This document shows positions 9,314 to 17,086 of a DNA stretch of 45,279 nt, piece by piece. The number at the start of each line of letters is the position of its first letter. The stretch's first letter is position 1. Source of the stretch: a virus. Its lineage: Duplodnaviria; Caudoviricetes. The stretch is from positions 1-45,279 of the IMG/VR virus record IMGVR_UViG_3300033067_002210. The stretch is one strand, 5' to 3'. Under the pieces are notes generated by a model that worked only from the letters and a program-made list of their open reading frames with translations, was not told the origin of the DNA and did no database searches. A program made the position numbers and the translations under genes.

Positions 9314-9345
9314 GTGAGCTAAAAATTCCCGTGAGCTAAAAATTC
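9314..9345. repeat. 15-bp direct repeat GTGAGCTAAAAATTC
   Basis: copies at 9314-9328 and 9331-9345, overlapping the stop of the minus-strand LxDP gene. Confidence 0.8.
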
Positions 9346-9675
9346 GTAATGATCAGTACTATAAGTGGGGTCAAAGACATCAGACCGTTCAGTTACCCAT
9401 TCTGGGTTTATTAGATGATTTATCTTTACGAATCTAAGATGGTAATCAATAGTGTATCGAATAAAATCTACAACCAGATCTAAAGACTTTGGATCTGCTA
9501 ACTCAATCGCTTTAATTGTGTAGTGACGCATGTTTATAAATATCTTCTCACCTTCTATGTTTATATATAATTGAACAATACTAGTATTTATAAAGATAAC
9601 ATCTTCACTAAGATGTTTTCCGATAGATGATTCAATTCCACTATCGCGGAAGTGAGTGACTAGTTCTTGCAGCAT
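9319..9675 (-). CDS. LxDP-family small protein (copy 4)
   Basis: MLQELVTHFRDSGI...IELADPKSLDLVVDFI. Confidence 0.75.
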   Translation of the reverse strand: MLQELVTHFRDSGIESSIGKHLSEDVIFINTSIVQLYINIEGEKIFINMRHYTIKAIELADPKSLDLVVDFIRYTIDYHLRFVKINHLINPEWVTERSDVFDPTYSTDHYEFLAHGNF

Positions 9676-9693
9676 ATTGTTCCTATACAGTGC

Positions 9694-9981
9694 TTACATT
9701 CCGTCGGTGTGTCCGCAGTGTTTGCACGAAGAATAAAACATGCCGCTATCGTCAACGTGTACGCATCTACTCTGGATTTCTATCAATTTATCAGAGTATT
9801 CAGCATCTAGGGCAGACTTGTCATCTTTGTGCTTTATGATAATTTCGGCCTCTCGGTCGAATCCACCATATTGTTTCAATATGTCGGCGACAGCTAAGCT
9901 CCTAATTGGAAGCTCGACGATTTGGGCCGCATACCAAGCATTCAACAGGTCTACTTCTTCTTTGATGGTCATGAGAATCAT
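9694..9981 (-). CDS. hypothetical protein with C-terminal CxH...CxxC
   Basis: GGAG SD; SRCVHVD...SCKHCG; start at 9981 or 9972; AACGTATTG motif upstream. Confidence 0.6.
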   Translation of the reverse strand: MILMTIKEEVDLLNAWYAAQIVELPIRSLAVADILKQYGGFDREAEIIIKHKDDKSALDAEYSDKLIEIQSRCVHVDDSGMFYSSCKHCGHTDGM

Positions 9982-10055
9982 CGCTCCGTGGAAATGGTTC
10001 TTCAATACGTTAAAGCTATCAAATATATCCTAACATCATTGACATGGCGGCGATA

Positions 10056-10760
10056 ATGAAATTATGCTCAATAGTTGAAAACGGTATCACCAGACGTGAT
10101 GCTCTTAAGAAGGGGATCGGAGGCGCAATCGGCCTCGCCAACGGCGGTATCGGCGGCTTGGCAAAAATGGCGTTCAATATGGGTTCGAATGTCGATCCAC
10201 TCGCTGATGTTGATGATAATGAGCTGTTTCAGACTCCAGAAGAAGAATGGATTACTAAAATCCCATATGCACGTTTGCTACGAATGTTTCAAAAGAATCC
10301 TAATTATTTAAGATGGGAAGCTGGTAGCAAGATCGGCCAACTAATGACATATGGTGCTGGATACAAACAAGCCGGACCAATTTTAAAGATGCTGGTAAAG
10401 GCTGCAAAAGATTCTGGTCTAGATGTGAATAAGATAGCCCTTGATATACCAAAGGACTTGTCATATTTGGCAGATGCCTTTGCGAACACACCAATACCAG
10501 AGGCAGATAAATTGTTAGATGTGGCTCGCGAAGCCGGGATTAATTTGCCGGTCGGACGCACCAGAATGGATTTCGTTAAGGCCGCCAACAGCCATAAAGA
10601 AATAGACGCTAAATACGAACGGCAGAAGCGTGAGCGGCAACAAGAAATAACAAATAAAATCCCTAACGAGAAGATACATATACCACAAGACTACTATGAT
10701 GCTTCGTCAATGCATCAATCATTCGAAAGCAGATTGAATCGCGCGCTGGCAATTATTTAA
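10056..10760 (+). CDS. putative internal head protein
   Basis: MKLCSIVE resembles a T4-type capsid-targeting leader, followed by TRRDALKKG; C-terminal FESRLNRAL; late-type motif at 10020. Confidence 0.6.
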   Translation: MKLCSIVENGITRRDALKKGIGGAIGLANGGIGGLAKMAFNMGSNVDPLADVDDNELFQTPEEEWITKIPYARLLRMFQKNPNYLRWEAGSKIGQLMTYGAGYKQAGPILKMLVKAAKDSGLDVNKIALDIPKDLSYLADAFANTPIPEADKLLDVAREAGINLPVGRTRMDFVKAANSHKEIDAKYERQKRERQQEITNKIPNEKIHIPQDYYDASSMHQSFESRLNRALAII

Positions 10761-11644
10761 TGTCGACGATATCTAACGTCATAAACGAGGAAGTACCATT
10801 TGAACTATACGATTTCAACCAAGTATATGCACTAAGACTAGCAGAATCGCTTGATAAAATAGAGATCGGAATTGATCATAAGATAGACAGCATAGAATGT
10901 CCATATTATACTAGAAATCCTCAAACTACACACTTGTTAAAGCGGCTAGAATCCGCACTAATACCATACTCGAACACGGCATGGCTAAAACGGAGAGGAA
11001 TAGTTTGTGAGGCTTTTTCCCTGGATTATAATATATTATCAGTACAAGATTTGTTAGACCTGTACGTGATTCCATCTGACCACATTATAAAAGAACATGG
11101 GTTTCGACCTATAGACGGACCAGTCTTCCCAGATTGGCGAAACGGAGAACTGGTCGGGATCTGTGTCAGGAATATTACGTGCGATATTGGCTATGCATCG
11201 TCTGCTAAGTTTACCATCTCAAATTATGGATGGTATTTGTATGGATATGATGAATATACACGCGATGATGAAGTATACTTGGTAGAAGGAGTTTTTGACG
11301 CTATAGTAATGCGCCAGAACGGATATAAAGCAATCGCGGGAGCCACAGCATACCCGACTGCGATACAATTAGCATGCTTGCAACACAAATACCGCAACCT
11401 CAGGCTATGTCTTGATAATGACTTTTGGGGAAAAGTCGGAGCTTATATTATTGGATCGGTTACCAACATACCAATCTATATGACTGAATTGAAAGATGCT
11501 GGATGTTACGTTAATTCTAAAGTTGTGTTGAACGAATGTACGACCAATAAGTTGTGGCGAGAATTACAGCACGAGATTCCTGAGTATAATCGGTTATTAA
11601 AAGAAAATAAACTAGTCAGACGATTACCGTATAACACTGAGTAG
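10760..11644 (+). CDS. TOPRIM / DNA primase-like protein without Zn-binding domain
   Basis: PVFP..RNGELVGICVR, YLYGYD, VYLVEGVFDAI, LCLDNDFWG. Confidence 0.8.
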   Translation: MSTISNVINEEVPFELYDFNQVYALRLAESLDKIEIGIDHKIDSIECPYYTRNPQTTHLLKRLESALIPYSNTAWLKRRGIVCEAFSLDYNILSVQDLLDLYVIPSDHIIKEHGFRPIDGPVFPDWRNGELVGICVRNITCDIGYASSAKFTISNYGWYLYGYDEYTRDDEVYLVEGVFDAIVMRQNGYKAIAGATAYPTAIQLACLQHKYRNLRLCLDNDFWGKVGAYIIGSVTNIPIYMTELKDAGCYVNSKVVLNECTTNKLWRELQHEIPEYNRLLKENKLVRRLPYNTE

Positions 11645-11974
11645 TTCTTTTCTCGATTCCGGACCAAAGTCAAAAGTGTTAACCCAGTCAATGACTTTAG
11701 CGAAGCAATCAGGATCAATTATTGAGAATTCTACAGGAGGACATGGACGCCCTACTAATGGGTACGGAAATATGATAATGTTTTCTAAATCTCGATCAGA
11801 TTCAATATAATACGTGAACTCAGAGGCATAATATGTAATAGAGCTTTGTGAATTATCCAACTCCATAGCGTGTGGGTCTATAAGAACAGTATTTTGCTGG
11901 GCAGCTTTCTTGAATTCGGCAAGCAGCGTTTCGAGAATCAGGACCCGAAATTTATCATTACTGAGATTAATCAT
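11624..11974 (-). CDS. LxDP-family small protein (copy 5)
   Basis: EFSIIDPDCFAKVIDWV; AT-rich. Confidence 0.65.
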   Translation of the reverse strand: MINLSNDKFRVLILETLLAEFKKAAQQNTVLIDPHAMELDNSQSSITYYASEFTYYIESDRDLENIIIFPYPLVGRPCPPVEFSIIDPDCFAKVIDWVNTFDFGPESRKELLSVIR

Positions 11975-11990
11975 AAGTCAATATATAAAA

Positions 11991-12023
11991 ATTGTGCTAT
12001 TGTGTAAGACACAATAGCACAAT
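11991..12023 (-). terminator. intrinsic terminator
   Basis: perfect 15-bp inverted repeat ATTGTGCTATTGTGT/ACACAATAGCACAAT, followed by a T-run on the minus strand. Confidence 0.75.
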
Positions 12024-12186
12024 ACGAGTGATGTAACCTTGCCTGTCCGGTGGTCTGGGCACCTTTGCCGACTTCGGCCCGTTGGAGTACGGTCCACCAG
12101 CACTTCTTAGTCTTTTCCCGGCTACGGGTGAGGGCCGTCGGAACTCCACAGCCCCTGCTTACTCAACCCCACTAAAGATCACTCGT
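12024..12186 (-). ncRNA. structured non-coding RNA of unknown class
   Basis: 9-bp terminal stem ACGAGTGAT/ATCACTCGT, several internal hairpins with G-U pairs valid only on the minus strand, complementary loops UGGAGU/ACUCCA, terminator directly downstream. Confidence 0.65.
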
Positions 12187-12195
12187 TACTTCAGA

Positions 12196-12573
12196 CTATA
12201 CATTCGGCTTCACAGTCACACTCGCCTTGGCCGCAGGCGTCACAGAATCTTCGTAAACGAGAATCCCCTGACTGATCAGCTTCTCCTTGATTCCAGGAGC
12301 AGAAGCCAGCCGCTCCTCATTGAACACCAGCGTTTTCGTCCGAACCTCATCACGCGGCTTGGAAATGAGGACGATCCCCTGACCCTCGACCGTAATCTCT
12401 TTCTTGTCGCCGCCAGCGATCGTCCGCAGCTCCTCTTTTGATCGCTCCAACTGTTCAGTCAGAGAATCGATCTGCCGCTTCAGCGCGATAGCTTCGCGAG
12501 CTACGGCAAGCTCCGGGAAGCCAACAGATGCGATGTCCAGCGATTCGGGTTTCACTTCCTCTGCTACTGTCAT
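12196..12573 (-). CDS. hypothetical coiled-coil protein
   Basis: GGAG SD, AACGTATTT motif upstream, heptads in AREAIALKRQIDSLTEQLERSKEEL. Confidence 0.8.
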   Translation of the reverse strand: MTVAEEVKPESLDIASVGFPELAVAREAIALKRQIDSLTEQLERSKEELRTIAGGDKKEITVEGQGIVLISKPRDEVRTKTLVFNEERLASAPGIKEKLISQGILVYEDSVTPAAKASVTVKPNV

Positions 12574-12623
12574 GGTGGTCTCCAGAGATGGAATAGCACA
12601 CTCTCATCTCAAATACGTTGTCT

Positions 12624-12950
12624 CTACAAAATTCCACGTATGAATTCGACAGCCTTATCTAAAGCCGACGGATCTTCCAAATCGAAATACATGTGCCTAC
12701 CGCTATGTGTTACACAAACCACAGAATAAGTAGTAGTGATATATGTTGCTATGGTATTCCTACTACTTGCTCCATGGAATTCTTCAGTTGCCGCTCGTTT
12801 TATCCAAACATATCCAGGCACAATTTCACATATGAATCCAGCATTGGTTAAGAACTCTTTATACGCATTAAGTATCTTAACATCATCACCATAATCACTT
12901 AGTATTGAAGTCACGCCTGCAAAATTCCAAGTAGACTGGATAACATTCAC
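12624..12950 (-). CDS. LxDP-family small protein (copy 6)
   Basis: ILNAYKEFLTNAGF...FDLEDPSALDKAVEFI; ATGA overlap with the HNH gene stop. Confidence 0.75.
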   Translation of the reverse strand: MNVIQSTWNFAGVTSILSDYGDDVKILNAYKEFLTNAGFICEIVPGYVWIKRAATEEFHGASSRNTIATYITTTYSVVCVTHSGRHMYFDLEDPSALDKAVEFIRGIL

Positions 12951-13978
12951 GATTGTGATGCCATAGTATGCGGGCAGTGACCGTACAATCCTTTGGCCTT
13001 ATTACAATTGGAGCAAAGAAGCTGAATGGAGTCGGGATAATTATTCTGAACGATCCATTCTAATATCGATACTTTGATCGATTTCAGATATTTCCTATGC
13101 TCCTTACCATCATTATCCACATGATCAAACTCCAAAAATGCCCAATTATCCTCTCCGCAACAGGTGCACTTACCACCATATTGAGTAATCGCCTTCTGCC
13201 GCTTTTCGATGACTCGTTGTGATCGCATAGATCTTATATTAGTGTCTGTTTGGTTATGTGGACATATTCCAAACCTCGCTTTCGCCTGATTGCAATTAGA
13301 ACATAGTATTTGCAGATCTTTCGGATAGTTATTTCTTATCGCCCATTCTATAATGCGTCTTTTTACTATCTTCCTATGTTCATGGCCATCTCCGTGCACA
13401 TGGTCTATGTCTAAAAATGCGAATGTTGATTCACCGCAGCATGCGCATTTATAACCATAATGTTTTAGTACTAGTATTCTGCTTCTATACCAATATAATC
13501 GTGTTCTAATTAGATGATTATTATGGCAGATATTGCATCTAAACTTGTCGCTTAATTGTGATCCGCAGAATGGACATATTTTATTTAATTTTCTTGATTT
13601 ATATCGGCGCATGGTTGCATTAGTCGCTCTTTCAGAGCATTTTATGCATGTTATCGTGCCTGGCATCGGCGGCTTTCCACAAGTTATACAGCCACCATTG
13701 TCTATGTGTAATTTCCTTTGTCGTTTCTGGTATTCTCTACCCTTTTCTAGACATATTTTGCATAGTTTTTCATCATTAGTCAAAATGCTACCGCATTTAC
13801 ATAGCCCTTTCGATCTCTTTTTGGCAAGCCTACGAGCATCGATGATTTTTGTCTTTTCAAGGCATGCATTACACAGCCACTTACTAGTTTCTTTCGGATT
13901 CCGACATTTAAAGCAAATATTTAATTGGAGGCATCTAGCTTTGTGGCGTTGATACTCTCCGGTACGATCACGAGACAT
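12947..13978 (-). CDS. HNH endonuclease with two HNH domains and N-terminal CxxC repeats
   Basis: YGYKCACCGE..FLDIDHV..LQILCSNCN and YGGKCTCCGE..FLEFDHV..IQLLCSNCN. Confidence 0.85.
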   Translation of the reverse strand: MSRDRTGEYQRHKARCLQLNICFKCRNPKETSKWLCNACLEKTKIIDARRLAKKRSKGLCKCGSILTNDEKLCKICLEKGREYQKRQRKLHIDNGGCITCGKPPMPGTITCIKCSERATNATMRRYKSRKLNKICPFCGSQLSDKFRCNICHNNHLIRTRLYWYRSRILVLKHYGYKCACCGESTFAFLDIDHVHGDGHEHRKIVKRRIIEWAIRNNYPKDLQILCSNCNQAKARFGICPHNQTDTNIRSMRSQRVIEKRQKAITQYGGKCTCCGEDNWAFLEFDHVDNDGKEHRKYLKSIKVSILEWIVQNNYPDSIQLLCSNCNKAKGLYGHCPHTMASQS

Positions 13979-14018
13979 TAGTAACACTCAAAGAACGGTG
14001 GGTATGGTAACATACCTA

Positions 14019-14027
14019 CAATACGTT
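14019..14027 (-). promoter_or_regulatory. putative promoter element AACGTATTG (example site)
   Basis: identical 9-mer at 2216(+), 10003(-), 14019(-); near-identical at 12611(-), 39900(+), 12020(-); each upstream of a gene on the same strand. Confidence 0.55.
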
Positions 14028-14042
14028 CGTAGGAGGCTCGAA

Positions 14043-14642
14043 ATTCCGGGGTTCAACATAGCACCGTTTGGTGGAGGCTTCTCCGGTCAGGGGCCTTCTA
14101 ACACATTGGAAATTCGTCGTAAGCATCGGTGGGTCTTTGAGACTCTCGGGCGTGGTGCTGGTCAGTTTTCTCAGACTGAGCTGTTGGTCTTGCAGTCCGC
14201 TGCCCGACCGTCGTTCAAGTTTGAAGAACCTGAGATGCATCACAACCAGGAAGTGGCCCGGTTTGCTGGTAAGCAGGACTGGGAACCAATTACCCTGGTG
14301 TGGTACGACGTCGAGCAGTCGCCCGATATGTCACGTGGTCTCTACCATTGGTTAGAGACTGTTGTGAATATGAAGAGTATCGGTGTCGCTCACCCGCGAT
14401 TCTACAAGACCAGTGCCAGCCTGTCGATGATTGACGGTCTGGGACAGCCTGATGAAACGTGGGCTATTATGGGATGCTGGCCATCGGCCATCAATTGGCA
14501 GGAGCTGGATTATACAGCTACTGACCTGATGACCATGGAAGCTACCATGCGATTCGATCGTGCCATTCGGGCTACGCTGTCCGGAGCGTGCGTGCAGGTT
14601 CCGGCTCCGGTCCCAATCACGCCGAGCTGCCCGAACCCGTAA
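14043..14642 (+). CDS. tail tube protein (T4 gp19-like), probable major tube subunit
   Basis: RRKHRWVF, AARPSFKFEE, FAGKQDWEPITLVWYD, WAIMGCWPSAINWQELDY, TMRFDRA; AGGAGG 6 nt before ATT-CCG-GGG-TTC. Confidence 0.9.
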   Translation: MPGFNIAPFGGGFSGQGPSNTLEIRRKHRWVFETLGRGAGQFSQTELLVLQSAARPSFKFEEPEMHHNQEVARFAGKQDWEPITLVWYDVEQSPDMSRGLYHWLETVVNMKSIGVAHPRFYKTSASLSMIDGLGQPDETWAIMGCWPSAINWQELDYTATDLMTMEATMRFDRAIRATLSGACVQVPAPVPITPSCPNP

Positions 14643-14700
14643 TCGTTTGGCTGTTGCTAGAGACTCGAAGCCAAGCCTAACTCTAGCCCGTAGATAAATT

Positions 14701-15285
14701 ATGCCTGGCTTCGATGTCTCAGCGATAAATGCTCAGTGTCATGATAGTGACGCTTTTACTACACCCTCGAAGTATAGCGGGTATGCGGCTAACGTTGAAA
14801 CAGCTCGTGCCCACCGCTATAAGTTCGAGATTTTAAAACCTCTAGAGCATTTGCTATTATACGCATATAAGGCTGGTCGTCCCAGCTATGAAGTAGATGA
14901 CATGGTAATTCATAGTGCTCAGGACGAAATTTATAGACCTGGTAAGACGCATTTGAAGACCATAGACATTTCGTTCTATGAATATCTGTCGCCAATGGAC
15001 CCGCCGTTTACTGATACTACGGCATCTCAGATTTATAAGTGGTGGGCGGAGTCGATGGTCGATATTACGACATCGCTGCATAAACCGCTTGATCAGTACA
15101 TGTTCGAGTGCCAGTTAGATATGTTGGACGGTGTCGGGATGCCGGTGTGGACGTACTTCATGTATGATTGCTGGCCATTGAAGGTAACTCCCTCTGAATT
15201 ATCATATGCTGATACGGGAATTGCCGATATTACTGTCACATTGCGGTATAGCAAATTTCAAGAAAAATTGTCTGGGGTTACTTAA
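14701..15285 (+). CDS. tail tube paralogue (gp19-like)
   Basis: MPGF start, RPSYEVD, RPGKTH, YDCWPLKVTPSELSY, ITVTLRY. Confidence 0.85.
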   Translation: MPGFDVSAINAQCHDSDAFTTPSKYSGYAANVETARAHRYKFEILKPLEHLLLYAYKAGRPSYEVDDMVIHSAQDEIYRPGKTHLKTIDISFYEYLSPMDPPFTDTTASQIYKWWAESMVDITTSLHKPLDQYMFECQLDMLDGVGMPVWTYFMYDCWPLKVTPSELSYADTGIADITVTLRYSKFQEKLSGVT

Positions 15286-15812
15286 TGCCGGGTTTTCTAG
15301 TTGGTCCGATAGGCGGCCACTCTCGACCATCTAGCGGTCGAGTTGAATACTATTATACATATTTTTGGGAATTGCTCAACATTTTCGTCGACCAGAATGG
15401 GCAGTCTAATTCCGAATCTCCCCTGATACAGTTGCAAAGAGCTACTACGCCCACGTTCACGGTAAACAAAGAACAATATTTGGGGTCCAGCCTTGAATAT
15501 AAGTTCGCCAAAAGTGTTACATGGGATGATATTCAATTAACCTGGTATGATTCAGTAGGATTATTGGATATTGTTCGGAAGTGGCGAAAGTCAGTTTGGA
15601 CGGAAGATCGTGGTTTAAGTCCGGCTTCGACGTATAAGAAGAATACCACTCTCAGGTCATACCTGCCAACTGGCAAATCTGGTGTGATATGGTTATTATA
15701 TAATAGTTGGCCGTCAGTTATCAAGCACGGTGAGTTAACGTATGTCAATAGTGATATTAAGCTGGTAGAAGTCACGGTCACGTACGACTGGGCCGAAGAC
15801 TCGAACGATTAA
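15285..15812 (+). CDS. tail tube paralogue (gp19-like)
   Basis: MPGF start, TPTFTV, VTWDDIQLTWYD, YNSWPSVIKHGELTY, VEVTVTYD. Confidence 0.85.
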   Translation: MPGFLVGPIGGHSRPSSGRVEYYYTYFWELLNIFVDQNGQSNSESPLIQLQRATTPTFTVNKEQYLGSSLEYKFAKSVTWDDIQLTWYDSVGLLDIVRKWRKSVWTEDRGLSPASTYKKNTTLRSYLPTGKSGVIWLLYNSWPSVIKHGELTYVNSDIKLVEVTVTYDWAEDSND

Positions 15813-15857
15813 TGATGTAAATAGTGTGAATTCACCATCATTAATCTAAGGTTCCTC

Positions 15858-16832
15858 ATGAACGAAGATATCAATTTAGATTCTGGGTCAGCCAGCGTAC
15901 CGGGTTCGGAACAGAATACTATTAAGGAATCTGTCGGTAAGGTTGAGGTAGCCGCTGGTGCTACCAATGATGATGTCTTGCAGCAAGTTCTGAATATGCC
16001 CATGGATCAATTGATCCCGTGGGAAGAATGTTGGCTGCCGAGCCGTGGCTTGTACTATGGCTGGAGCGATGGGATGGTCCAAGTTCGAGCTATGGGCCAG
16101 GTAGCCGATAAGATCATGGCTACTCAGCGTCTTGCTCAGAGTGGTCAATCGCTGGATAGTCTGTTCGACAATCATTGTCGATTTCCGGCTGGATTCACTG
16201 CTGCTGATCTGCTGTTGGGCGACAGAACTTTCCTGTTGTACTTCTTGCGGGGCATCACTCACGGCAACGTATATGAGTTCGCCGTGACATGCCCCAATCA
16301 GGAATGTAAGGCCGTCACTACTCAGATGTACGATCTGAATCAGTTGGCTAAGACGATCATTGCCGCCAATCCGTCATTGGGTGATGAGCCGTTCAAGATC
16401 GTTCTTCCGCATTTGACCAAGGTGACTGGTCGGGAATTCTGGGTCAAGATTCGCTTTCTGCGAGCACGAGATGCGACGGCTATGTTGGTTCGTCAGAAGG
16501 CCAAAGAGAAGTTTTTGGTGAAGCCTGGTAATATTCGTAATCGGGTGACTGACCCGCGTGCTCAACAGCAGCAGCAGATTGTACTGGATGAAACGATCAC
16601 GGACAATATGGAGCGGATTATTGTCAATGTGATGGACAATACCAGCCCATTTGTGATTCGGGAATTCATCGGGAAGATGCACGCTCAGGATACTGCCGCT
16701 ATTCGCGAGTGGATGCGGGCAAATACTCCTGGTATCGATAATACCATCATCGTCGAATGTTCGCAATGTAAGACCGACTATACAATGGAGCTACCGATAA
16801 CGGAGTCCTTTTTTCGCCCAGCGAACGTCTGA
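15858..16832 (+). CDS. baseplate hub / tail assembly chaperone (T4 gp26-like)
   Basis: LPSRGLYY, DLLLGDRTFLL..LRGITHG, CPNQEC, CSQC, C-terminal LPITESFF. Confidence 0.8.
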   Translation: MNEDINLDSGSASVPGSEQNTIKESVGKVEVAAGATNDDVLQQVLNMPMDQLIPWEECWLPSRGLYYGWSDGMVQVRAMGQVADKIMATQRLAQSGQSLDSLFDNHCRFPAGFTAADLLLGDRTFLLYFLRGITHGNVYEFAVTCPNQECKAVTTQMYDLNQLAKTIIAANPSLGDEPFKIVLPHLTKVTGREFWVKIRFLRARDATAMLVRQKAKEKFLVKPGNIRNRVTDPRAQQQQQIVLDETITDNMERIIVNVMDNTSPFVIREFIGKMHAQDTAAIREWMRANTPGIDNTIIVECSQCKTDYTMELPITESFFRPANV

Positions 16833-16860
16833 GGAATACGATAAAGAATACGAACATATC

Positions 16861-17043
16861 ATGGAGCAGCAGCATCAGCTCAAGCAGCATGGGAACTTTT
16901 CCCTTGTTGAGCAAAATATGATGACTGCTGAAGATCGCGCTTGGCACATTCGCAGGCTTGAGAGAGAAATGAAGGAACGTCAGGAGGCCGAAAACAAAGC
17001 GGCGTCCGGCATTCGTAGACCAAGTATGCCACGCCGCCGTTGA
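16861..17043 (+). CDS. gp51-like hub assembly catalyst, possibly expressed by frameshift
   Basis: HQLKQHGNFSLVEQNMMTAEDRAWHIRRL pattern; no SD at the ATG; frame open back to 16801. Confidence 0.65.
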   Translation: MEQQHQLKQHGNFSLVEQNMMTAEDRAWHIRRLEREMKERQEAENKAASGIRRPSMPRRR

Positions 17044-17086
17044 TATGAAGTCCTCATAACCAAACATAATTGGGAGGACACATCAT

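Noticed and set aside
12024-12186. 6S RNA, lysine riboswitch or SRP RNA
   Set aside because: Multi-branched rather than rod-like; lacks their conserved motifs; lies 3' of a gene and ends at a terminator
12082-12441. 119-aa plus-strand ORF over the structured RNA
   Set aside because: Antisense to a well-supported gene, no SD, atypical composition
13998-14042. Annotated GTG/ATG start of the tube gene
   Set aside because: No SD; paralogue alignment and AGGAGG spacing favour ATT at 14043
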